A stretch of DNA of 64,000 bases from Eledone cirrhosa (taxonomy: Eukaryota): NCBI GenBank assembly GCA_964016885.1, contig OZ024745.1, positions 64,790,001 to 64,854,000 of the forward strand, read 5' to 3'. The position numbers and the translations under genes were made by a program. Under the pieces are notes generated by a model. That model did not search any database. It saw nothing but the letters and a program-made list of their open reading frames with translations, and was not told where the DNA came from. The number at the start of each line of letters is the position of its first letter. Position 1 is the first letter of the stretch. This document shows positions 41,900 through 55,090 of this stretch, one piece after another.

Positions 41900-44800
41900 T
41901 TTGGGTGATCCATTTTTTATTTGGGTGGTCCATTTTTTATTTGGGTGATCCATTTTTTATTTGGGGGATCCATTTTTTATTTGGGTGATTCATTTTTTAT
42001 TTGGGGATCCATTTTTTATTTGGGTGATCCATTTTTTATTTGGGTGATCCATTTTTTATTTGGGGGATACATTTTTTATTTGGGTGATCCATTTTTTATT
42101 TGGGGGGTCCATTTTTTATTTGGGGGATCCATTTTTTATTTGGGTGATCAATTTTTTAATTGGGTGATCCATTTTTTATTTGGGGGATCCATTTTTTATT
42201 TGGGTGATCCATTTTTTAGTTGGGTGGTCCATTTTTTATTTGGGTGATCCATTTTTTATTTGGGGGATCCATTTTTTATTTGGGTGATCCATTTTTTATT
42301 TGGGGATCCATTTTTTATTTGGGTGATCCATTTTTTATTTGGGTGATCCATTTTTTATTTGGGGGATCCATTTTTTATTTGGGTGATCCATTTTTTATTT
42401 GGGGATCCATTTTTTATTTGGGTGATCCATTTTTTATTTGGGTGATCCATTTTTTATTTGGGGGATCCATTTTTTATTTGGGTGATCCATTTTTTATTTG
42501 GGGGTGCATTTTTTATTTGGGGGATCCATTTTTATTTGGGTGATCCATTTTTTATTTGGGGGATCCATTTTTTATTTGGGTGATCCATTTTTTATTTGGG
42601 TTGATCCCTTTTTTATTTGGGGGATCCATTTTTTATTTGGGTGATCCATTTTTTATTTGGGGGATCCATTTTTTATTTGGGGGATCCATTTTTTATTTGG
42701 TTGATCCATTTTTTATTAGGGGGATCCATTTTTTATTTGGGTGATCCATTTTAATTTGGAGATCCATTTTTTGTTTAGGTGATCCATTTTATAATTGGGT
42801 GATCCATTTTTTATTTGGGGGATCCATTTTTTATTTGGGGGATCCATTATTTATTTGGGTGATCCATTTTTTATTTGGGTGATCCATTTTTTATTTGGGT
42901 GATCCATTTTTTATTTGGGTGATCCATTTTTTATTTGGGTGATCCATTTTTTATTTGGGGGATCCATTTTTTATTTGGGTGATCCATTCTTTATTTGGGT
43001 GATCCATTTTTTATTTGAGGGATCCATTTTATATTTGGGTGATCCATTTTTTATTTGGGTGATCCATTTTTTATTTGGGGGATCCATTTTTTATTTGGGG
43101 GGTCCATTTTTTATTTGGGGGATCCATTTTTTATTTGGGGGATCCATTTTTTATTTCGGGGATCCATTTTTTATTTGGGTGATTCATTTTTTATTTGGGG
43201 GATCCATTTTTTATTTGGGTGATCCATTTTTTTTATTTGGGGGTCCATTTTATATTTGGGTTATCCATTTTTTATTTGGATGATCCATTTTTTAATTGGG
43301 TGATCCATTTTTATTTGGGTGATCCATTTTTTACTTGGGGGATCCATTTTTTATTTGGGTGATCCATTTTTTATTTTGCTGATTCATTTTTTATTTGGGT
43401 GATCCATTTTTTATTTGGGGGATCCATTTTTTATTTGGGTGAACCATTTTTTATTTGGGAGATCCATTTTTTATTTGGGTGATCCATTTTTTATTTGGGT
43501 GATCCATTTTTTATTTGGGGGATCCATTTTTTATTTGGGTGATCCATTTTTTATTTGGGTGATCCATTTTTTATTTGGGGGATCCATTTTTTATTTGGGG
43601 GATCCATTTTTTATTTGGGTGATCCATTTTTATTTGGAGATCCATTTTGTATTTGGGTGATCCATTTTTTAATAGGGTGATCCATTTTTTATTTGGGTGA
43701 TCCATTTTTTATTTGGGGGATCCTTTTTTTATTTGGGTGATCCATTTTTTATTTGGGTGGTCCATTTTTTATTTGGGTGATCCATTTTTTATTTGGGGGA
43801 TCCATTTTTTATTTGGGTGATCCATTTTTCATTTGGGGATCCATTTTTTATTTGGGTGATCCATTTTTTATTTGGGTGATCCATTTTTTATTTGGGGGAT
43901 ACATTTTTTATTTGGGTGATCCATTTTTTATTTGGGGGGGTCCATTTTTTATTTGGGGGATCCATTTTTATTTGGGTGATCCATTTTTTATTTGGGGGAT
44001 CCATTTTTTATTTGGGTGATCCCTTTTTTATTTGGGGGATCCATTTTTTATTTGGGTGATCCATTTTTTATTTGGGGGATCCATTTTTTATTTGGGGGAT
44101 TCATTTTTTATTTGGGTGATCCATTTTTTATTAGGGGGATCCATTTTTTATTTGGGTGATCCATTTTTATTTGGAGATCCATTTTTTATTTAGGTGATCC
44201 ATTTTATAATTGGTTGATCCATTTTTTATTTGGGGGATCCATTTTTTATTTGGGGGATCCATTATTTATTTGGGTGATCCATTTTTTATTTGGGTGATCC
44301 ATTTTTTATTTGGGTGATCCATTTTTTATTTGGGTGATCCATTTTTTATTTGGGTGATCCATTTTTTATTTGGGGGATCCATTTTTTATTTGGGTGATCC
44401 ATTTTTTATTTGGGGGATCCATTTTTTATTTGGGTGATCCATTTTTTATTTGGGGGATCCATTTTTTATTTCGGGGATTCATTTTTTATTTGGGTGATTC
44501 ATTTTTTATTTGGGGGAACCATTTTTTATTTTGGGTGATCCATTTTTTATTAGGGGGATCCATTTTTTATTTGGGTGATCCATTTTTATTTGTAGATCCA
44601 TTTTTTATTTGGGTGATCCATTTTTTAATTGGATGATCCATTTTTTATTTGGGGGATCCATTTTTTATTTGGGGGATCCATTATTTATTTGGGTGATCCA
44701 TTTTTTATTTGGGTGATCCATTTTTTATTCGGGGGATCCATTTTTTATTTGGGTGATCCATTTTTTATTTGGGTGATCCATTTTTTAATTGGGGATCCAT

Positions 44801-47800
44801 TTTTTATTTAGTTGATCCATTTTTTAATTGGGTGATCCATTTTTTATTTGGGGGTCCATTTTATATTTGGGGGATCCATTTTTATTTGGGTGATCCATTT
44901 TTTATTTGGGTGATCCATTTTTTATTTGGGTGATCCATTTTTTATTTGGGTTGATCCCTTTTTTATTTGGGGGATCCATTTTTTATTTGGGTGATCCATT
45001 TTTTATTTGGGGGATCCATTTTTTATTTGGGGGATCCATTTTTTATTTGGTTGATCCATTTTTTATTAGGGGGATCCATTTTTTATTTGGGTGATCCATT
45101 TTAATTTGGAGATCCATTTTTTGTTTAGGTGATCCATTTTATAATTGGGTGATCCATTTTTTATTTGGGTGATCCATTTTTTATTTGGGTGGTCCATTTT
45201 TTATTTGGGTGATCCATTTTTTATTTGGGGGATCCATTTTTTATTTGGGTGATTCATTTTTTATTTGGGGATCCATTTTTTATTTGGGTGATCCATTTTT
45301 TATTTGGGTGATCCATTTTTTATTTGGGGGATACATTTTTTATTTGGGTGATCCATTTTTTATTTGGGGGGTCCATTTTTTATTTGGGGGATCCATTTTT
45401 TATTTGGGTGATCAATTTTTTAATTGGGTGATCCATTTTTTATTTGGGGGATCCATTTTTTATTTGGGTGATCCATTTTTTAGTTGGGTGGTCCATTTTT
45501 TATTTGGGTGATCCATTTTTTATTTGGGGGATCCATTTTTTATTTGGGTGATCCATTTTTTATTTGGGGATCCATTTTTTATTTGGGTGATCCATTTTTT
45601 ATTTGGGTGATCCATTTTTTATTTGGGGGATCCATTTTTTATTTGGGTGATCCATTTTTTATTTGGGGATCCATTTTTTATTTGGGTGATCCATTTTTTA
45701 TTTGGGTGATCCATTTTTTATTTGGGGGATCCATTTTTTATTTGGGTGATCCATTTTTTATTTGGGGGTGCATTTTTTATTTGGGGGATCCATTTTTATT
45801 TGGGTGATCCATTTTTTATTTGGGGGATCCATTTTTTATTTGGGTGATCCATTTTTTATTTGGGTTGATCCCTTTTTTATTTGGGGGATCCATTTTTTAT
45901 TTGGGTGATCCATTTTTTATTTGGGGGATCCATTTTTTATTTGGGGGATCCATTTTTTATTTGGTTGATCCATTTTTTATTAGGGGGATCCATTTTTTAT
46001 TTGGGTGATCCATTTTAATTTGGAGATCCATTTTTTGTTTAGGTGATCCATTTTATAATTGGGTGATCCATTTTTTATTTGGGGGATCCATTTTTTATTT
46101 GGGGGATCCATTATTTATTTGGGTGATCCATTTTTTATTTGGGTGATCCATTTTTTATTTGGGTGATCCATTTTTTATTTGGGTGATCCATTTTTTATTT
46201 GGGTGATCCATTTTTTATTTGGGGGATCCATTTTTTATTTGGGTGATCCATTCTTTATTTGGGTGATCCATTTTTTATTTGAGGGATCCATTTTATATTT
46301 GGGTGATCCATTTTTTATTTGGGTGATCCATTTTTTATTTGGGGGATCCATTTTTTATTTGGGGGGTCCATTTTTTATTTGGGGGATCCATTTTTTATTT
46401 GGGGGATCCATTTTTTATTTCGGGGATCCATTTTTTATTTGGGTGATTCATTTTTTATTTGGGGGATCCATTTTTTATTTGGGTGATCCATTTTTTTTAT
46501 TTGGGGGTCCATTTTATATTTGGGTTATCCATTTTTTATTTGGATGATCCATTTTTTAATTGGGTGATCCATTTTTATTTGGGTGATCCATTTTTTACTT
46601 GGGGGATCCATTTTTTATTTGGGTGATCCATTTTTTATTTTGCTGATTCATTTTTTATTTGGGTGATCCATTTTTTATTTGGGGGATCCATTTTTTATTT
46701 GGGTGAACCATTTTTTATTTGGGAGATCCATTTTTTATTTGGGTGATCCATTTTTTATTTGGGTGATCCATTTTTTATTTGGGGGATCCATTTTTTATTT
46801 GGGTGATCCATTTTTTATTTGGGTGATCCATTTTTTATTTGGGGGATCCATTTTTTATTTGGGGGATCCATTTTTTATTTGGGTGATCCATTTTTATTTG
46901 GAGATCCATTTTGTATTTGGGTGATCCATTTTTTAATAGGGTGATCCATTTTTTATTTGGGTGATCCATTTTTTATTTGGGGGATCCTTTTTTTATTTGG
47001 GTGATCCATTTTTTATTTGGGTGGTCCATTTTTTATTTGGGTGATCCATTTTTTATTTGGGGGATCCATTTTTTATTTGGGTGATCCATTTTTCATTTGG
47101 GGATCCATTTTTTATTTGGGTGATCCATTTTTTATTTGGGTGATCCATTTTTTATTTGGGGGATACATTTTTTATTTGGGTGATCCATTTTTTATTTGGG
47201 GGGGTCCATTTTTTATTTGGGGGATCCATTTTTATTTGGGTGATCCATTTTTTATTTGGGGGATCCATTTTTTATTTGGGTGATCCCTTTTTTATTTGGG
47301 GGATCCATTTTTTATTTGGGTGATCCATTTTTTATTTGGGGGATCCATTTTTTATTTGGGGGATTCATTTTTTATTTGGGTGATCCATTTTTTATTAGGG
47401 GGATCCATTTTTTATTTGGGTGATCCATTTTTATTTGGAGATCCATTTTTTATTTAGGTGATCCATTTTATAATTGGTTGATCCATTTTTTATTTGGGGG
47501 ATCCATTTTTTATTTGGGGGATCCATTATTTATTTGGGTGATCCATTTTTTATTTGGGTGATCCATTTTTTATTTGGGTGATCCATTTTTTATTTGGGTG
47601 ATCCATTTTTTATTTGGGTGATCCATTTTTTATTTGGGGGATCCATTTTTTATTTGGGTGATCCATTTTTTATTTGGGGGATCCATTTTTTATTTGGGTG
47701 ATCCATTTTTTATTTGGGGGATCCATTTTTTATTTCGGGGATTCATTTTTTATTTGGGTGATTCATTTTTTATTTGGGGGAACCATTTTTTATTTTGGGT

Positions 47801-48430
47801 GATCCATTTTTTATTAGGGGGATCCATTTTTTATTTGGGTGATCCATTTTTATTTGTAGATCCATTTTTTATTTGGGTGATCCATTTTTTAATTGGATGA
47901 TCCATTTTTTATTTGGGGGATCCATTTTTTATTTGGGGGATCCATTATTTATTTGGGTGATCCATTTTTTATTTGGGTGATCCATTTTTTATTCGGGGGA
48001 TCCATTTTTTATTTGGGTGATCCATTTTTTATTTGGGTGATCCATTTTTTAATTGGGGATCCATTTTTTATTTAGTTGATCCATTTTTTAATTGGGTGAT
48101 CCATTTTTTATTTGGGGGTCCATTTTATATTTGGGGGATCCATTTTTATTTGGGTGATCCATTTTTTATTTGGGTGATCCATTTTTTATTTGGGTGATCC
48201 ATTTTTTATTTGGGTTGATCCCTTTTTTATTTGGGGGATCCATTTTTTATTTGGGTGATCCATTTTTTATTTGGGGGATCCATTTTTTATTTGGGGGATC
48301 CATTTTTTATTTGGTTGATCCATTTTTTATTAGGGGGATCCATTTTTTATTTGGGTGATCCATTTTAATTTGGAGATCCATTTTTTGTTTAGGTGATCCA
48401 TTTTATAATTGGGTGATCCATTTTTTATTT
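41900..48430 (+). repeat. 3,264-bp apparently perfect tandem duplication
   Basis: Nine ORF pairs at a constant offset of 3264 with identical translations (41921/45185 through 44906/48170). Private variants AATAGGGTG, GGGTGCATT and GGGTTATCC occur in both copies. Confidence 0.92.
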
Positions 48431-50899
48431 GGGGGATCCATTTTTTATTTGGGGGATCCATTTTTTATTTGGGTGATCCATTTTTTATTTTGCTGATTCA
48501 TTTTTTATTTGGGTGATCCATTTTTTATTTGGGGGTCCATTTTTTATTTGGGTGATCCATTTTTTATTTGGGTGATCCATTTTTTAATTAGGTGATCCAT
48601 CTTTATTTGGGTGATCCATTTTTTACTTGGGGGATCCATTTTTTATTTGGGTGATCCATTTTTTATTTTGATGATTCATTTTTTATTTGGGTGATCCATT
48701 TTTTATTTGGGGGATCCATTTTTTATTTGGATGAACCATTTTTTATTTGGGGGATCCATCTTTTATTTGGGTGATCCATTTTTTATTTGGGTGATCCATT
48801 TTTTATTTGGGGGATCCATTTTTTATTTGGGTGATCCATTTTTTATTTGGGTGATCCATTTTTTATTTGGGGGATCCATTTTTTATTTGGGGGATCCATT
48901 TTTTATTTGGGTGATCCATTTTTATTTGGAGATCCATTTTGTATTTGGGTGATCCATTTTTTAATTGGGTGATCCATTTTTTATTTGGGTGATCCATTTT
49001 TTATTTGGGGGATCCATTTTTTATTTGGGTGATCCATTTTTTATTTGGGTGGTCCATTTTTTATTTGGGTGATCCATTTTTTATTTGGGGGATCCATTTT
49101 TTATTTGGGTGATCCATTTTTTATTTGGGGATCCATTTTTTATTTGGGTGATCCATTTTTTATTTGGGTGATCCATTTTTTATTTGGGGGATACATTTTT
49201 TATTTGGGTGATCCATTTTTTATTTGGGGGGTCCATTTTTTATTTGGGGGATCCATTTTTTATTTGGGTGATCAATTTTTTAATTGGGTGATCTATTTTT
49301 TATTTGGGGGATCCATTTTTTATTTGGGTGATCCATTTTTTAGTTGGGTGGTCCATTTTTTATTTGGGTGATCCATTTTTTATTTGGGGGATCCATTTTT
49401 TATTTGGGTGATCCATTTTTTATTTGGGGATCCATTTTTTATTTGGGTGATCCATTTTTTATTTGGGTGATCCATTTTTTATTTGGGGGATCCATTTTTT
49501 ATTTGGGTGATCCATTTTTTATTTGGGGATCCATTTTTTATTTGGGTGATCCATTTTTTATTTGGGTGATCCATTTTTTATTTGGGGGATCCATTTTTTA
49601 TTTGGGTGATCCATTTTTTATTTGGGGGATCCATTTTTTATTTGGGGGATCCATTTTTTATTTGGGTGATCAATTTTTTAATTGGGTGATCCATTTTTTA
49701 TTTGGGGGATCCATTTTTTATTTGGGTGATCCATTTTTTAGTTGGGTGGTCCATTTTTTATTTGGGTGATCCATTTTTATTTGGGTGATCCATTTTTTAT
49801 TTGGGGGATCCATTTTTTACTAGGGGGATCCATTTTTTATTTGGGTTGATCCCTTTTTTATTTGGGGGATCCATTTTTTATTTGGGTGATCCATTTTTTA
49901 TTTGGGGGATCCATTTTTTATTTGGGGGATCCATTTTTTATTTGGTTGATCCATTTTTTATTAGGGGGATCCATTTTTTATTTGGGTGATCCATTTTAAT
50001 TTGGAGATCCATTTTTTGTTTAGGTGATCCATTTTATAATTGGGTGATCCATTTTTTATTTGGGGGATCCATTTTTTATTTGGGGGATCCATTATTTATT
50101 TGGGTGATCCATTTTTTATTTGGGTGATCCATTTTTTATTTGGGTGATCCATTTTTTATTTGGGTGATCCATTTTTTATTTGGGTGATCCATTTTTTATT
50201 TGGGGGATCCATTTTTTATTTGGTTGATCCATTTTTTATTTGGGTGATCCATTTTTTATTTGAGGGATCCATTTTATATTTGGGTGATCCATTTTCTATT
50301 TGGGTGATCCATTATTTATTTGGGGGATCCATTTTTTATTTGTGGGATCCATTTTTTATTTGGGGGATCCATTTTTTATTTCGGGGATCCATTTTTTATT
50401 TGGGTGATTCATTTTTTATTTGGGGGATCCATTTTTTATTTGGGTGATCCATTTTTTTTATTTGGGGGTCCATTTTTTATTTGGGTGATCCATTTTTTAT
50501 TTGGATGATCCATTTTTTAATTGGGTGATCCATTTTTATTTGGGTGATCCATTTTTTACTTGGGGGATCCATTTTTTATTTGGGTGATCCATTTTTTATT
50601 TTGCTGATTCATTTTTTATTTGGGTGATCCATTTTTTATTTGGGGGATCCATTTTTTATTTGGGTGAACCATTTTTTATTTGGGAGATCCATTTTTTATT
50701 TGGGTGATCCATTTTTTATTTGGGTGATCCATTTTTTATTTGGGGGATCCATTTTTTATTTGGGTGATCCATTTTTTATTTGGGTGATCCATTTTTTATT
50801 TGGGGGATCCATTTTTTATTTGGGTGATCCATTTTTTATTTGGGTGATCCATTTTTTATTTGAGGGATCCATTTTATATTTGGGTGATCCATTTTTTAT

Positions 50900-52420
50900 T
50901 TGGGTGATCCATTTTTTATTTGGGGGATCCATTTTTTATTTGGGGGATCCATTTTTTATTTGGGGGATCCATTTTTTATTTGGGGGATCCATTTTTTATT
51001 TCGGGGATCCATTTTTTATTTGGGTGATTCATTTTTTATTTGGGGGATCCATTTTTTATTTGGGTGATCCATTTTTTTTATTTGGGGGTCCATTTTTTAT
51101 TTGGGTGATCCATTTTTTATTTGGGTGATCCATTTTTTAATTGGGTGATCCATTTTTATTTGGGTGATCCATTTTTTACTTGGGGGATCCATTTTTTATT
51201 TGGGTGATCCATTTTTTATTTTGCTGATTCATTTTTTATTTGGGTGATCCATTTTTTATTTGGGGGATCCATTTTTTATTTGGGTGAACCATTTTTTATT
51301 TGGGGGATCCATCTTTTATTTGGGTGATCCATTTTTTATTTGGGTGATCCATTTTTTATTTGGGGGATCCATTTTTTATTTGGGTGATCCATTTTTTATT
51401 TGGGTGATCCATTTTTTATTTGGGGGATCCATTTTTTATTTGGGGGATCCATTTTTTATTTGGGTGATCCATTTTTTATTTGGGGGATCCATTTTGTATT
51501 TGGGTGATCCATTTTTTATTTGGGTGATCCATTTTTTATTTGGGTGATCCATTTTTTATTTGTGGGATCCATTTTTTATTTGGGTGATCCATTTTTTATT
51601 TGGGGGATCCTTTTTTTATTTGGGTGATCCATTTTTTATTTGGGTGATCCATTTTTTATTTGGGGGATCCATTTTTTATTTGGGGGATCCATTTTTTATT
51701 TGGGGGATCCATTTTTTATTTGGGGGATCCATTTTTTATTTGGGGGATCCATTTTTTATTTCGGGGATCCATTTTTTATTTGGGTGATTCATTTTTTATT
51801 TGGGGGATCCATTTTTTATTTGGGTGATCCATTTTTTTTATTTGGGGGTCCATTTTTTATTTGGGTGATCCATTTTTTATTTGGGTGATCCATTTTTTAA
51901 TTGGGTGATCCATTTTTATTTGGGTGATCCATTTTTTACTTGGGGGATCCATTTTTTATTTGGGTGATCCATTTTTTATTTTGCTGATTCATTTTTTATT
52001 TGGGTGATCCATTTTTTATTTGGGGGATCCATTTTTTATTTGGGTGAACCATTTTTTATTTGGGGGATCCATCTTTTATTTGGGTGATCCATTTTTTATT
52101 TGGGTGATCCATTTTTTATTTGGGGGATCCATTTTTTATTTGGGTGATCCATTTTTTATTTGGGTGATCCATTTTTTATTTGGGGGATCCATTTTTTATT
52201 TGGGGGATCCATTTTTTATTTGGGTGATCCATTTTTTATTTGGGGGATCCATTTTGTATTTGGGTGATCCATTTTTTATTTGGGTGATCCATTTTTTATT
52301 TGGGTGATCCATTTTTTATTTGTGGGATCCATTTTTTATTTGGGTGATCCATTTTTTATTTGGGGGATCCTTTTTTTATTTGGGTGATCCATTTTTTATT
52401 TGGGTGATCCATTTTTTATT
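50900..52420 (+). repeat. 760-bp (38-monomer) tandem duplication present only in copy 1 of the 6.9/6.1-kb pair
   Basis: ORF pairs 51260/52020 and 51560/52320. The 760 bp accounts exactly for 6904 minus 6144. Confidence 0.85.
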
Positions 52421-53109
52421 TGGGGGATCCATTTTTTATTTGGGTGATCCATTTTTTATTTGGGTGATCCATTTTTTATTTGGGGGATCCATTTTTTATT
52501 TGGGTGATCCATTTTTTATTTGGGGGATCCATTTTTTATTTGGGGGATCCATTTTTTATTTGGGTGATCCATTTTTTATATGGGTGATCCATTTTTTATT
52601 TGGGGGGATCCATTTTTAATTTGGGTGATCCATTTTTTATTTGGGGGATCCATTTTTTATTTGGGTGATCCATATTTTATTTGGGGGATCCATTTTTTAT
52701 TTGGGTGATCCATTTTTTATTTGGGTGATCCATTTTTTAATTGGGTGATCCATTTTTTATTTGGGGTATCCATTTTTTATTTGTGTGATCCATTTTTTAG
52801 TTGGGTGGTCCATTTTTTATTTGGGTGATCCATTTTTTATTTTGGGGATCCATTTTTTATTTGGGTGATCCATTTTTTATTTGGGGATCCATTTTTTATT
52901 TGGGTGATCCATTTTTTATTTGGGTGATCCATTTTTTATTTGGGGGATCCATTTTTTATTTGGGTGATTCATTTTTTATTTGGGGGGTCCATTTTTTATT
53001 TGGGGGATCCATTTTTATTTGGGTGATCCATTTTTTATTTGGGGGATCCATTTTTTATTTGGGTGATCCATTTTTTATTTGGGTTGATCCCTATTTTATT
53101 TGGGGGATC

Positions 53110-55090
53110 CATTTTTTATTTGGGTGATCCATTTTTTATTTGGGGGATCCATTTTTTATTTGGGTGATCCATTTTTTATTTGAGGGATCCATTTTATATT
53201 TGGGTGATCCATTTTTTATTTGGGGGATCCATTATTTATTTGGGTGATCAATTTTTTATTTGGGTGATCCATTTTTTATTTGGGTGATCCATTTTTTATT
53301 TGGGTGATCCATTTTTTATTTGGGTGATACATTTTTTATTTGGGGGATCCATTTTTTATTTGGGTGATCCATTTTTTATTTGGGTGATCCATTTTTTATT
53401 TGAGGGATCCATTTTATATTTGGGTGATCCATTTTTTATTTGGGTGATCCATTTTTTATTTGGGGGATCCATTTTTTATTTGGGGGATCCATTTTTTATT
53501 TGGGGGATCCATTTTTTATTTGGGGGATCCATTTTTTATTTCGGGGATCCATTTTTTATTTGGGTGATTCATTTTTTATTTGGGGGATCCATTTTTTATT
53601 TGGGTGATCCATTTTTTTAATTTGGGGGTCCATTTTTTATTTGGGTGATCCATTTTTTATTTGGGTGATCCATTTTTTAATTGGGTGATCCATTTTTATT
53701 TGGGTGATCCATTTTTTACTTGGGGGATCCATTTTTTATTTGGGTGATCCATTTTTTATTTTGCTGATTCATTTTTTATTTGGGTGATCCATTTTTTATT
53801 TGGGGGATCCATTTTTTATTTGGGTGAACCATTTTTTATTTGGGGGATCCATTTTTTATTTGGGTGATCCATTTTTTATTTGGGTGATCCATTTTTTATT
53901 TGGGGGATCCATTTTTTATTTGGGTGATCCATTTTTTATTTGGGTGATCCATTTTTTATTTGGGGGATCCATTTTTTATTTGGGGGATCCATTTTTTATT
54001 TGGGTGATCCATTTTTATTTGGAGATCCATTTTGTATTTGGGTGATCCATTTTTTAATTGGGTGATCCATTTTTTATTTGGGTGATCCATTTTTTATTTG
54101 GGGGATCCATTTTTTATTTGGGTGATCCATTTTTTATTTGAGGGATCCATTTTATATTTGGGTGATCCATTTTTTATTTGGGGGATCCATTATTTATTTG
54201 GGTGATCCATTTTTTATTTGGGTGATCCATTTTTTATTTGGGTGATCCATTTTTTATTTGGGTGATCCATTTTTTATTTGGGTGATACATTTTTTATTTG
54301 GGGGATCCATTTTTTATTTGGGTGATCCATTTTTTATTTGGGTGATCCATTTTTTATTTGAGGGATCCATTTTATATTTGGGTGATCCATTTTTTATTTG
54401 GGTGATCCATTTTTTATTTGGGGGATCCATTTTTTATTTGGGGGATCCATTTTTTATTTGGGGGATCCATTTTTTATTTGGGGGATCCATTTTTTATTTC
54501 GGGGATCCATTTTTTATTTGGGTGATTCATTTTTTATTTGGGGGATCCATTTTTTATTTGGGTGATCCATTTTTTTAATTTGGGGGTCCATTTTTTATTT
54601 GGGTGATCCATTTTTTATTTGGGTGATCCATTTTTTAATTGGGTGATCCATTTTTATTTGGGTGATCCATTTTTTACTTGGGGGATCCATTTTTTATTTG
54701 GGTGATCCATTTTTTATTTTGCTGATTCATTTTTTATTTGGGTGATCCATTTTTTATTTGGGGGATCCATTTTTTATTTGGGTGAACCATTTTTTATTTG
54801 GGGGATCCATTTTTTATTTGGGTGATCCATTTTTTATTTGGGTGATCCATTTTTTATTTGGGGGATCCATTTTTTATTTGGGTGATCCATTTTTTATTTG
54901 GGTGATCCATTTTTTATTTGGGGGATCCATTTTTTATTTGGGGGATCCATTTTTTATTTGGGTGATCCATTTTTATTTGGAGATCCATTTTGTATTTGGG
55001 TGATCCATTTTTTAATTGGGTGATCCATTTTTTATTTGGGTGATCCATTTTTTATTTGGGGGATCCATTTTTTATTTGGGTGATCCATTT
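53110..55090 (+). repeat. 958-bp tandem duplication (second instance about 59255-61230)
   Basis: ORF pairs 53300/54258 and 53800/54758; repeated as 59444/60402 and 59944/60901. Confidence 0.85.
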
